Below are positions 37,731 to 49,267 of a stretch of 64,000 nucleotides of DNA, piece after piece. This DNA is from Nemertoderma westbladi (lineage: Eukaryota > Animalia > Xenacoelomorpha), in contig JAUCBJ010001712.1 in the NCBI GenBank assembly GCA_032718475.1, positions 1 through 64,000 on the forward strand, given 5' to 3'. The notes under the pieces were generated by a model. It saw only the letters and a program-made list of their open reading frames with translations, was not told the DNA's origin and did not search any database. A program made the translations under genes and the position numbers. Position 1 is the first letter of the stretch. Every line of letters starts with the position of its first letter.

Positions 37731-40687
37731 ATAATAATTTCCATCAGTCTAATCACTGATGTCGACACAGCCGTCAACGTCCTCACTACTCAGCTAACTT
37801 CAATACTGGATTCAATAGCCCCAAACAGGGATATAAGAATCAAGACACATTCTGAACCATGGCTTACACCGGAACTTCTACAGCTGATAATAGTAAGGGA
37901 CAAATCATTTTCAAAACTGAAACACAACCGCACTGTCATAAATGTAACCGATTTCAAAAAACAAAGGAACGTTGCCACTAATGCCATCAAAGAGGCTAAG
38001 AAAGCCTACATACGGACCCAAATTGAAAATAACAGGACCGACCACAAAAAGCTATGGAAAACATTAAAGTCCCTAGGAATGCCAGTAAAGAAAACCAAGT
38101 CGTCGGCCATAACAAAAATCCACAATGGCAGAGCTCTAGTACACGAACCAAAACAAATTGCAGATACATTTAATACATTCTTTACGTCAATTGCGAAGGA
38201 ACTAGTTAACCAGCTGCCCCCACCATCTGGACGGTTCGGGGAAGATTCAGTTGCACAGTACTACCAATCGATGGGAATTCAAAGAGATAGTTTTTCTATA
38301 CAACAAACAACAACCGACGAGGTATCTGATATCATGTCTAAGCTGAACACTGATAAAAGCCCTGGAATCGACGGACTGCCCGCAAGACTATACAAAGACG
38401 GCCATAAGGAATTGTCGAAGCCTATCACGCACATTGTTAACGTCTCCATAGCAACAAGTACTTTCCCATCATCGTGAAACTAGCTAAGGTAACACCTGTG
38501 CACAAAAAGAAAGGCTCACTGATATTGAGAGAAAACCATCGCCCCCTATCCCTACTGCCTATCCTCGCCAAAATCCTAGAACGTGTGGTATATGACCAGG
38601 TCTATTCATACTATATATCAAGTAAGATTTTATCAAAGCTCCAATCAGGATTCTTAAAAGGATACTCAACCGAAACCTGTTTAATATTTCTAGACAATTA
38701 CATACGAAACGCAGCCGATCTCGGAAAGCTGACAGGAATGGTTCTGATAGACCTAAAGAAAGCATTTGATACGGTAAACCATGACATCGTTCTAATGAAA
38801 CTGAAACACATGGGGCTGGACAATTCATCAGTCAACTGGTTTAAATCATATCTATCGAAACGCAGCCAGGTTGTGAGTATCCAGGGTACATCCTCCGACG
38901 AACTTCCACTCGACGATGGCTTACCCCAGGGCGGGATCCTTCCGGTATTGTTATTCCTGTCGCAAATAAACGACTCCGATCAGGCGGTAGACTGTCCGAC
39001 GCCAAAGTTTGCAGACGATCTCGCTCACGTAGCTTCAGAAGAAGATGCCGAGACAATTTCCCAAACGCTTACACGAAATCTCGAAAACACCCAGTCTTGG
39101 CTCATAGACAATCGACTCACGCTACACTTAGGCAAGACAGAAGCCATCTTGTTTGGAACGAACCAACGTTTGACGTCCAGTGCACCACTAGCAGTCACTT
39201 GTAACGGGAAACCCATATCGAACCGAACTGTTGTCACATACCTGGGTTGCAAACTAGACCAATCAATGAACGGAGAGTCTATGATCACCGCGATAGTCAA
39301 GAAAGGGAATTCTAGATTAAAATTTCTTTACCGATTCTCCGGGGTACTAGACTACAACCTACGTCGCCTACTATGTAACGCGCTGATACAGCCACTCATG
39401 GACTATGCTGCTGCTGTCTGGTTCTACTCAATCAGCTCAATCTGGCGCAACAAGCTTGAGGCACTGCAGCGGAAGTGCATTCGATATTGCTTATCTTTAG
39501 AGGACCGCAGCCACATCTATCCATCGCACTACAAAACCATAAACTGGCTACCAATAGAATATCGAGTGCAACAAAATCTGGTAACTCTTATGTACAAGAC
39601 CCAGCACGGAACCTCACCGAGTTACATCCAAGATATGGTTAACTTCAATAAAAACACGTGATCTGATCAACACGAACGCCGAGAACAAAAGCATCGATCC
39701 CCCATAAGAATACTAAATTCGCACAGAACTCATTCGACTATCGAGGCCCAGCGTTCTGGAACGCCCTACCGAACTGTGTAACAGAGGCAACGACACTAGA
39801 GTCTTTAACACCAAGTAAAACGCCATTACTTAAATACTCTAACCGACGCATGAATCACAATTACTTGCACACTATTAACCCGCTTAATTCATAAACATGC
39901 ATCGCAGTTCTTTTACTAATAAGTTTGTTTTTCTACCTTTATTTATCTAAATACTTGACAGAATTTTTGACAGTAAATTGACAGAAAAATTTTAAGTAAC
40001 AAATTTTAAATTATCCCATCTATAACCATTTTTAGATTAAAGCACTGACTATTTCATTTGTGTATTTCTATTCGTAGTCCTGAATTTAATTTAATTTTAT
40101 TGCTTCCCCAACAATTATACAATCTTATTAGTAGTTCATGTGTATTCTAATCTGTAGTCCACAAACAATGCATCGCAGTTCCTTTACTAAGTTTGTTTTT
40201 TTTATATTTATTTTATCTAAATATTTGACAATTTTAAGTAACAAATTTCAAATTATCCCATCCATAACCATTTTTAGATTAAAGCACTGATCATTTTATT
40301 TGTGTATTTTTATTTGTAGTCTTGAATTTAATTTTTATTGCTTCCCCAACAATTATACAATTTCATTACTAGTTCATGTGTATTCTAATCTGTAGTCCTA
40401 AATTCAATTTTATTACTTCCCCGACTATTTTACCTAAAACATTATTACATAGCGGGGACCCACATGGATACGAGGTCCGCCTCATGTGGCTATCCCATTA
40501 AGTGACGATTTTATCGATATAACTCGATGTACTGTTCATATATTTTTCATACCATACTGATTTAAATTCATAACAAAAATATCTCGTACTGTATCTATAA
40601 CAATTGTATGGTTTCTAACGTTCTATACCAACTTAAATATTATGTATTATGTGTCCCGTCACTAGTAAATCAATATCAATATCAATA
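37731..40687 (+). mobile_element. 5'-truncated Crack/L2-like LINE with (TCAATA)n tail
   Basis: RT ORF pieces; 3' stem-loop at ~40453-40497; tail at ~40669-40690; possible TSD tcacca at 37725-37730 and 40688-40693; ~270-bp duplication in the 3' UTR. Confidence 0.85.
37740..39850 (+). pseudogene. LINE reverse transcriptase, decayed
   Basis: PWLT, KSPGIDG, NHRPLSLL, QSGF, IDLKKAFD, GLPQGGIL, FADD, YLG; stop at 38475. Confidence 0.88.
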
Positions 40688-41188
40688 TCACCATAGCAAC
40701 AACCACGCTAGAATTAGAAGCGAGTTAAAATAACAATAGAAAGCTTGCCCCATTGAATAGCATACGGAATAAATAGCACACTGCTAGTATCCAGGGATAC
40801 ATAATAATAACGTGGCATTTTGGAAGGCACTTGACTAACGGACAAATGGCCCAAATGTGTACAATTTGTGACAGTTGTGTGGAATTTGTGCGTTTATAGG
40901 TGAATGTTACTACTAAAGTGTGTTTACAGTAGCGAGTCGCAGTTGTGAAAGTAGCCCTACCTCTGCAGTAAGAACCTGAAGTAAATCTAAGCCCTTGGGA
41001 CCGACAGTGGAGTGACTCGCGCTGGTTATTGTTGTCATTGTGTAGCTACTACATTGGCGAAAGGCACAGAGACGACAGTACATCAGCGCTGATGATCTTG
41101 CGCTGTTCGGGGGCATTGAGGGGTAGGCAGCGACGACCGCTAGCCTAAATATAATTAATTATAAATTCGATAAACTCATATAGCAGCT

Positions 41189-42902
41189 ATGACTGAGATG
41201 ATAGAAGATGATCTTGGTATCAGGGAGTGATATACCCTACCATTGCAAGCGTTTGTTGATAGTTTAATATGCGGCGACGCTAGTCAAACTACTACGGAGG
41301 ACGATGGCCGTTATATCGAACCGCCAATGTCAAAGGAACAACTCACGCGTGAATTGGACTATAGAAAATTCACCGCTCGCTATACGCATCGTAATGGTAC
41401 GTATATGGACTTCTTAACTACTGGTCATCCTATCGATTTACACGATACGGATGATGTAGACACCGAAAGGGAAATGGTTCTATTTAAATATCATACCCAG
41501 CGGAGTCGGAACGATAAACTAAGAAGCGAACACGAAAATTCTATTCGCAACCAAATCGAAAGAGAAGACGTTGAAGAGCCGGATAAACGCAGTTAATTCA
41601 ACGAATATCTGGAATTCTTGAGAGAAACATATCTCAATATAGCCAGTCAACAAAATCTAGAAACTCGATATCCTCAAGGTATACATCATGACCCTATGAT
41701 GGAACTCAAACGACTCTATTTCACTATGATGTATCTTACCGCCGATTGACCTCTACCTGTTGTCCCGGATAGCTTTGAACAGATGGAGGAATATTTTAAA
41801 ACTGGAGAATGATCACCCGCGTTTCCCCTACAAGACGTGCGTCTTTGGTATTATTGCGATGAATGCCCTAGACCCAACCAACAAACGGAAAGACAAACAT
41901 CCGCGGAGACGTTGCGCTAAACACAGTTTTACTCGCTATACTTATGGGACTTTCGAGCGAAACTTGTTTGACGTATCACCTATGCTTGCTCGACTCAAAC
42001 GATCCTTAAATAAACCGATGATCAGAGTTCCGGAATACTCGGTCAGACCTCCTCATTCCCTAGTGAGACCTCAAACTCTTGATCCTAATAGTATAATGGA
42101 TCCTCCCGAACTGTCATCACTGTTCAAAGATCTAGTGTTACCCGAACAATTAGGCGGTGGCACTCCGGTTGTGGGCTCCCTAGATATTCGCCCATCTTAC
42201 CTCGCCGGATTGGGACGCGGACACCTAATATCGCCGTTCAACCGTATAATCGTCCCTGTTTAACCCGATACAACCTGTCACCGAGGTGGAGGAGAGAGTT
42301 GTACGAAACGCATTAGACACTATTCCACAAAAGATCGGAAAAGGAACTTACGATTGTTTAGAGAAACGTAAATTGCAGCAGCAAGTCCAAGCGATAAACG
42401 AATTAGCTTTATCTCAGTTTGATCAGGAAATCCAGAATCTCTAAGAAGATATCGAACTTGGACGACCCTACTCTCTGCAAGAGTTTTGGACGAATGCTTT
42501 CAACGACAAGAGGAGGAAAATCAGCTCGAGGAGAAGCATATCGATTCCGATAGAGCCAGAGAACGCGAGTTGAAAAGAATTATCAAACCGAGGAAATTTC
42601 TCACTACACACGGTCCACCTACCGCTCTCGTGCAAACGACCCATCAGGGACCAGTAAGAGCTGCTGTCTTAAAACACGCTCTCAAGGTTGTTCGACCTCG
42701 TTCCACTGAGGTTGATACTGATCAACCGGGTACCTCGACTAGCGGATACACCGACCGTAACCCTAAACCTTCCGATGCAATTGTATTGCACCCCTCACCC
42801 AGGAGTTATAGCCCTCCTAGTAAAGTGGCTCGCCCCAAAGAGAAAAGGACTCTTGCTAGCCTCAAAAAACTTCGTAAACGCCGTTCACGTAAGAAGGACT
42901 AA
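41189..42902 (+). pseudogene. BEL-1 accessory third ORF (non-env), decayed; homologous to the N-terminus of BEL-2 ORF3
   Basis: Reading through stops gives IHHDPMMELKRLYFTMMYLTAD*PLPVVPDSFEQMEEY..LWYYCDEC..RCAKHSFTRY, with a basic C-terminus KKLRKRRSRKKD. It ends about 80 bp before the 3' LTR. Confidence 0.75.
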
Positions 42903-43635
42903 CTGTTTAGAGTATTTTTATATTTTAGAAACTGTGATTTTTTATATTTTATAGAATTAAATCCTATTTTCTGGGAGCGGTGTAAAAGCTTTTGCGGACA
43001 TAACAAGTCATTTTTCTCCGCAATATACCGTGTAGGTGCTTTAGCGGACATAACAAGTCATTTTCTCCGCAATGTACCGTGTAGGTGCTTTAGCGGACAT
43101 AACAAGTCATATTTTGCCGCAATGCGCCTAATACTCTAAAAAGATTGTAGCTCAGATGACGAAATCTGTCAGCTGATTTACTGCATACGTGGAACCTCTC
43201 TTTGTTCTGCTCAGCCAATCAGAGCGATTTTCATTTTATGTTGGACAAGGGCCTATGTAAAACCGCGCAATGCATTTGTTTACCTTTTCTGAGCCTCAGA
43301 ACACTGGCTTAGAATTCTTCTGTGCTTCTGTAGAAGTTTCAGACTTTGGCCAAACATTAGATGGCTTTGATTATATGAACGTAAATCTATTATCAAACCG
43401 ATTCAACTACCGATCACCTGTAACGCATTACTGAGCAACACTGCAATACCATACTGTCATTATTTTACTTCTATTTTACTGTCGGTTATTAATTGTTGTA
43501 TATTGATGGATATGTTGTTATATTTGGAGAATACCGATAAATAATCATAAAACCCCCAATCTTCTTGATTACTGAAGGTAAGAGGGACCGGTTACCTGTA
43601 CCAATTGCGACTTACATTGTAGTGGTTTTGGTGTG

Positions 43636-44125
43636 AGTAGTAGGGTCTTGGTCCTCTCTGCGACACTTGGACCTCACTGACACCCATTGGGTGTCATATG
43701 ACACCCAATTATCACCCTATGGGTGTCATTGGGTGTCATTGGCGCCAGACTGTCTGGCTGACACCTCCCAATTAGGCTAATTAGACCCTAATTGACAGGT
43801 GTCATCAATTAATTAGTACAATTAAACCCTAACAGGTGTCATATGACTCCTAATTAGGGTTTAATTGATTATCCTAATTAATCAGTCTGATTAGCGCCCT
43901 GACACACAATGGGTCATCAGTGTTGTCCAACTGTCGCAGAGAGGAGCAAGAGGGTGTCATAAGTGACACCGCAGCTCTTTTATTCATTAATACTTATTTA
44001 TTTATATTTAATTTTAATTAATTATTTGTATTCTATTTTACTTTATTTATTCATTTGTACTTTATACATTGATTTCTTAGCCATACTTAGACATAGGGTA
44101 TACAGCTCCCTTACTGGTAACTAAT
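43636..44125 (+). repeat. Polinton left TIR
   Basis: Reverse complement of ~49268-49853. Confidence 0.9.
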
Positions 44126-44635
44126 TACTCCAGACAGCTTTATCGTTGACCTTTGACCCCCAATTAGCTTTAACCAAGCAACAGCTTATTAATAATAGTT
44201 GTATCCAAGCGCCCCGCCCCCCTCTCGTGACAGCTCTGATTACTAATTACTCTTATCTATGTCCAGCCGTCTGCAGTTCCATAGTCTGCCGCTAGAGGGC
44301 GTATTGTCTAAAAATTAACATCTTCTCTAGCTTTGTTATTTACAATCCGCAAAACCATGAAGTTATATTGCTTAAGAGTTCTAAGGGGCGAGCCATGAGG
44401 CAAGATGTTTGAGGCTTATTTAGATATATTATTACTTAATTTGACCCCCCAAACGGCATCTATTACGGCATAGGCTATATCTTTTGCAGGGTCACAGAGT
44501 AGTCTGAAGTTCCCCAGTCTGCCGCTAGAGGGCGAAATGTCTTAAAGTGAAAACTATACGGTAGCCATGAATTGGTTACTAGGCAATAATACGGCATTTT
44601 GCAACGTTAGGCCTATTGCTAACCAAACGAAAACT

Positions 44636-44709
44636 GCCCTGGTTCATGCGGGGATCGAACCCATGACATACGGGAGATGTGAATTCAACGCAACCACTAC
44701 ACCAAGGTG
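44636..44709 (-). ncRNA. Degenerate tRNA-like Pol III unit
   Basis: Minus strand: A box tggtgtagtggt, B box ggttcgatccc, putative CAC anticodon loop; stems are imperfect. Confidence 0.5.
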
Positions 44710-44775
44710 GAACAGTAACCTTCGAATTTGTTCGTTGACGTTCGAATTTGTAAGACTCACATTTAAGACCTGACA

Positions 44776-44950
44776 CAGACTATGCCTCACTGAGGCACTG
44801 AGGCATAGACTATGACTCACTGAGGCATAGTCTATGCCTCACTGAGGCACTGAGGCATAGACTATGCCTCACTGGGCACTGAGGCATAGTCTATGCCTCA
44901 CTGAGGCATAGTCTATGCCTCAGTGAGTCATAGTCTATGCCTCAGTGCCT
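44776..44950. repeat. Tandem array of 22-23-bp palindromes (actatgcctcactgaggcatagt)
   Basis: Read directly; about 7 overlapping self-complementary units. Confidence 0.9.
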
Positions 44951-45329
44951 AACGCCCTGATTTACAACAAACTGAAGCCTCTAGAACAAAAACTGGGTTG
45001 CCAGATTCGCTGTCTAGTCGGTGATACGGACGGATTCTCTAATGCTAAGCGTAACTAATACACCACAGCTAACCTTTCAGGTGCGAGTACAGTGGTAAAG
45101 CCCATCCATAGTGAGATAACGTCGCACTAGCTCTCAAGGATAGTTATACTCACCATTCAAATATCCCTCGCAAACAACATCTAAAGTATTCCACTTCAAT
45201 GAAAAATATATAATGCAATATAACTCGAATATTTCTGTTTTTATAATATAAATAATAATTGTAGCATAAATTTATCATTTAACATAAATATAATGTGAAA
45301 ATTCACTTTAACATAGAGTAACTAAACTA

Positions 45330-45835
45330 AACACAAAATAGGATAAACAGATGGTCACGGGTTCAATCCCTACTCCGCGACCAATATAAAACCAACACAA
45401 AATAAGTTAAACATAGAATAACTAGAGTACCTAAACTAAACATAAAATAGGATAAACAGGTGGTCACATGTTCGATCCCTAGTCATATCCCGTTTTATGG
45501 AAAATAAACAGGAGGCCATAGGTTCAATCCCTACTCGCGACCAATATACAACCAACACAAAATAAGTTAAACATAAAATAACTAGAGTACCTAAACTAAA
45601 CATAAATTAGGAAAAACATATGCTCACAGGTTCGATCCCTATTCATATCCCGTTTTATGGAAAATAAACAGAAGGTCATGGGTTCAATCCCTACTCGCGA
45701 CCATTATAAAACCAACACAAAATAAGTTAAACCAGGGTTCGAGTCCTACTAATGCAATTATAAAAAGTAGGTAACACGGATGGTCATGGATTCAAACCCT
45801 ACTCACGGAAAAATAAAAACCAACACAAAATAAAT
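45330..45835 (+). promoter_or_regulatory. Tandem ~160-bp repeats carrying seven Pol III B-box-like motifs
   Basis: G(G/T)TTC(A/G)ANNCC-like motifs at ~45359, 45469, 45521, 45629, 45681, 45736 and 45789, most preceded by ggtca. Confidence 0.6.
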
Positions 45836-45872
45836 AATATAGTAAACTTTCATGTATACCATAGTAAATAAA

Positions 45873-46388
45873 CTAATTTAATAATAAAGTTTGTAAAATA
45901 GATAATGATCCGGGGAATTCACCGGCAGGACACATGGAAACAATTTTATTACTATGAAATACACTGAAATATGCACGTCCTATATATATTCTAATCGCGC
46001 AAAATAATTCAGGGGTATAGCTAATAAATATTGCTTTATTATTAATTGTATGATGTCCACATTTTTTCATTAATAATTTAAAATTAACACTTGGAAAAAT
46101 AATAGTTCGTGTTTCGGTATTAAGTTTCAAATTTTGTAATTGCAAACCGATAGTTTGTTTTAAATAAAGCAATTCACTAGCTAAATTATTGCACAGGCCT
46201 ACAATTGTTACTGCGCCGCTGGGAAATAGCATTATAGTTGAATCGTCACCTTTGTAGATAAACATGTTTGGTTTTAAGCATCTTTGACCTGTAATTTGCT
46301 GTGAAATTTTCTCTAGTTCAAATTTGGCAATGTTTTTTCCGGTAAACTGTTTATTGGTTAATTCTATTTTGATGCTCAATTTCTTATT
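45873..46388 (-). CDS. Divergent TATA-box-binding-protein (TBP)-like protein
   Basis: Two TBP half-repeats: TIMLFPSGAVTIVG resembles TALIFSSGKMVCTG; ISYTPELFCAIRI..FSVFHSNKIV resembles SSYEPELFPGLIY..LLIFVSGKVV. About 170 aa, the size of the TBP core. No initiating ATG; preceded by an acceptor-like tttctag. Confidence 0.7.
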   Translation of the reverse strand, partial: NKKLSIKIELTNKQFTGKNIAKFELEKISQQITGQRCLKPNMFIYKGDDSTIMLFPSGAVTIVGLCNNLASELLYLKQTIGLQLQNLKLNTETRTIIFPSVNFKLLMKKCGHHTINNKAIFISYTPELFCAIRIYIGRAYFSVFHSNKIVSMCPAGEFPGSLSILQTLLLN

Positions 46389-46408
46389 CTAGAAATTAAA
46401 ATTAAATC

Positions 46409-47246
46409 CTATTGACCCGTTAAATAGGGGTTGCGTTGGGAACATGCAATCTCAATAGTTATTCGCTCGATGGCTATTATGCGCCAACCCGAGCCGAGGC
46501 AGAGAAACACGCTTAACAGTTGATCGATACGATTGACGGCGCTAGAAAACCAGTTATTAAAGTCGCTATTATTTAGAATTTGATTATTGTTACCGCTAGA
46601 TTTAAAACAGAAAGATTCAATTTGAAATCCCTCGCTCGTTTCACGCTCCATTACGATGTTGATTGTAAGCCAGACTCTTAAAAAAGTTCCCATGGCACTA
46701 CGTAAATGGCTACTAACGTGTTCTTGAATGTGTGGAAAATTTTCGTTTAATGTTAATTCAGCATCGAGTCTTGTTTCTGTGAGGTCGTTGTTATAGGTAA
46801 ACAGTCGTCCGTGTGCGCTTCCGTTGGAGGGGGGTTGAAATGGATTGTTTGGGGAAATAGAATCTCGCGAAGTTGAAGGTTCATTATTGGAGCCGCCGCC
46901 GCCGACTTGTTCTGGAGTAGAGTTGATGGAGGGATGAGTGGGAGGTAGTCGGAGTTTTGCGTTTCCGCGAAAAAAGTCGAGTGTAGCATTCATGCTCAGA
47001 AAAGGATGACAGGGTGAGCGAATCCCCGCAGCGGCAATCGGCTGGCTCGTTTACGTAACTAAATCCTGTTCCCCCCTGAGGACACGAAGCAAGATGGCCA
47101 ACCAGCGTCTTCTTTTCCGAAGACCAAGTCGGACAGCAGTCGCATCGATATTGCACGAAATGAGTTTTAATATGGGATTTTAGATTATCACTCCGCATCT
47201 CTTTGTCGCAGATGGGACAGCTAACTTTATTTGTTGATCTTGGCAT
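46409..47246 (-). pseudogene. C2H2/C2HC zinc fingers fused (via probable frameshift ~46900-46950) to a Polinton pPolB N-terminal-like domain
   Basis: CPICDKEMRSDNLKSHIKTH, CDCC..H..C, CRC..HEC, RKRK; then QVGGGG linker and FLCLGSGWRIIAIERITIEI. It stops before any exonuclease or polymerase domain. Confidence 0.7.
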
Positions 47247-47789
47247 CTTGAATCTAGAAAAATACGTTGATTATTTATAAAAAATAAAAAATACTGTATA
47301 CGTGCTAAAAATAAAGTAAAACAGTGGATATTAATCGGTTACTAGGCAACAATACTGTGTTTGTATAGTTAGGCCTATTGCTGTATTGTAGCAATCAGTC
47401 AGTGAAACATAAAGCAGACAGTCGGCAGTGTCTAGTGTAGTAGTGTTAGTGTACCAGCGGTCAGATAGTGGCGATAACCAAGACACAATAGCGATGCCAG
47501 TTATTATTCGTGGAAAGAGGGTCTATAAACAGCAGTCAGTCAGTGCAGTAGTGCTAGTGATATAGTCTGCTAGAAGTCAGACGTACCGGTAGCGTTAACC
47601 AATAGAAATCAACGATAGGCTTAGCTAATCGCTGTGTGAGATCTCAGTTAGTCAGTAGGATATATAGTGAAAACTGCAGTATTCATTGTTGTTCAGTAGG
47701 GTCTATATCGTTACTACAGTGGCACTAGGCTAACTCGAATGATGCGGTACCGGTAGTTGGGTAGACAAGCAGATAGACACATTTAGGCC

Positions 47790-48575
47790 TAATGAGCGAA
47801 TGCTTCGATCATGGTTTAGGCTATCGGTACCACCGCAGTCTGACAGTAATTAATAGTGAGCCTACTGCAATACTGTTGTACTGGTAGATAATAAATGTAA
47901 ATTGTTTGCTAGCGGCATCGATAGTACCGTCAGATGGTGGAAGGCAGATTTTACTTACGGTATTAGTAAATATTCACGGAAAGAAGAAGTTTGGATGTTC
48001 GCGAAGAAGTTGGTTGACGTGGACGACGAGAGAGTTTATTAATCGATAGAACGGAATGATATCGGAAATTAGAAATAATGGAATATTACGCGGCGGATAT
48101 GCGGAAAGTTTGTTGTCGACGATGAGCAATAGCACGGCGAAATGATACTAGAAAAATAAGATGATTATTTGTAAAAAGATAAAAAATACTGTAAGCAGAT
48201 AGGCGGATGTAAGCCTATTGATCGAATGCTTCGATCACGGTTTAGGCTATCGGTACCACCGCAGTCTGACAGTAATTAATAATGAGCCTACTGCAATACT
48301 GTTGTACCGGTAGACATTAAATGTAAATTGTTTGCTAGCGGCGTCGAAAGTATAGCTAGATGGAAGGCAGATTTTACTTACGGTGTTAGTAAATATTCAC
48401 GGAAAGAAGAAGTTTGGAAGTTCGGTGGCGATGAGGAAGTTGGTTGACGTGGACGACGAGAGAGTTTATCAACCGATAGAACGGAATGGTATCGGAAATT
48501 AGAAATATTGAAATATTACGCGGTGGATACGCGGAAAGTTTGTTGTCGACGATGAGCGAAAACGCGGCGAAATGA
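47790..48575. repeat. ~425-bp tandem duplication, each unit carrying a minus-strand GTAAGT donor
   Basis: cgaatgcttcgatca.ggtttaggctatcggtacc... at ~47797 and ~48222; acttac at ~47953 and ~48376. Confidence 0.85.
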
Positions 48576-48772
48576 CAATAATACAACTCTACAAGTGGGT
48601 TGTTGACTGATGATAACAAATAAATATTCTTAAATAAATAATATTAAATTCGAAAACAAAATAATGGTAAATGATGTTAATCGTAACTTGCAATTGAAAT
48701 AATGATCTAATAAATTGGTGGGGACTTATTAAATAGTAATTCGGTTAGTAGGGGAGGCCCTTGTCTCTTAAA

Positions 48773-48822
48773 TGAGCCAATCAGAGCGCAGCAGCAGAAA
48801 TGAAGCCCGCTGATTGGCTGTT
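48773..48822. promoter_or_regulatory. Pair of inverted CCAAT boxes, candidate Polinton promoter
   Basis: agccaatcag...ctgattggct about 30 bp apart, upstream of the minus-strand ORFs. Confidence 0.45.
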
Positions 48823-49267
48823 CATGCATAAGCGGTTACCAGGGCAACTTCTCGTGTTGATGAATCTATTAGAAAACTCTTGTAAGCATCTTGACTAATT
48901 ATATTGAGTTGGCTGTATAACAGAAGCAGGTCTGGTGCAAAGGAAAGGGATTAGTAGAGAGGAATGCGTGATTAGAGGCGCTTCATTGTTATGATAGGGG
49001 CTGCCTGGATATAGGAAAGGGACAAAGCGACGTCGGCTATAGTGGGAACAATGGAGGGCCGCTAGAGCATTAGCCTTGGGCGACATAGGGATTTGCTGTA
49101 GTCAAGGCCGCGATGGGATTATTAGTGAGTCATCGAAGGGACTGCTAACAGACGGGATCGCTCATTTATATTTGCCTTGGGGTATACGTGTAGATTCACT
49201 GCCTGTTGTATCTAGTTAATGAATAATGATGGCAGAGGAGGGGCCCCCCGCCGATGAACGTAGTTGA

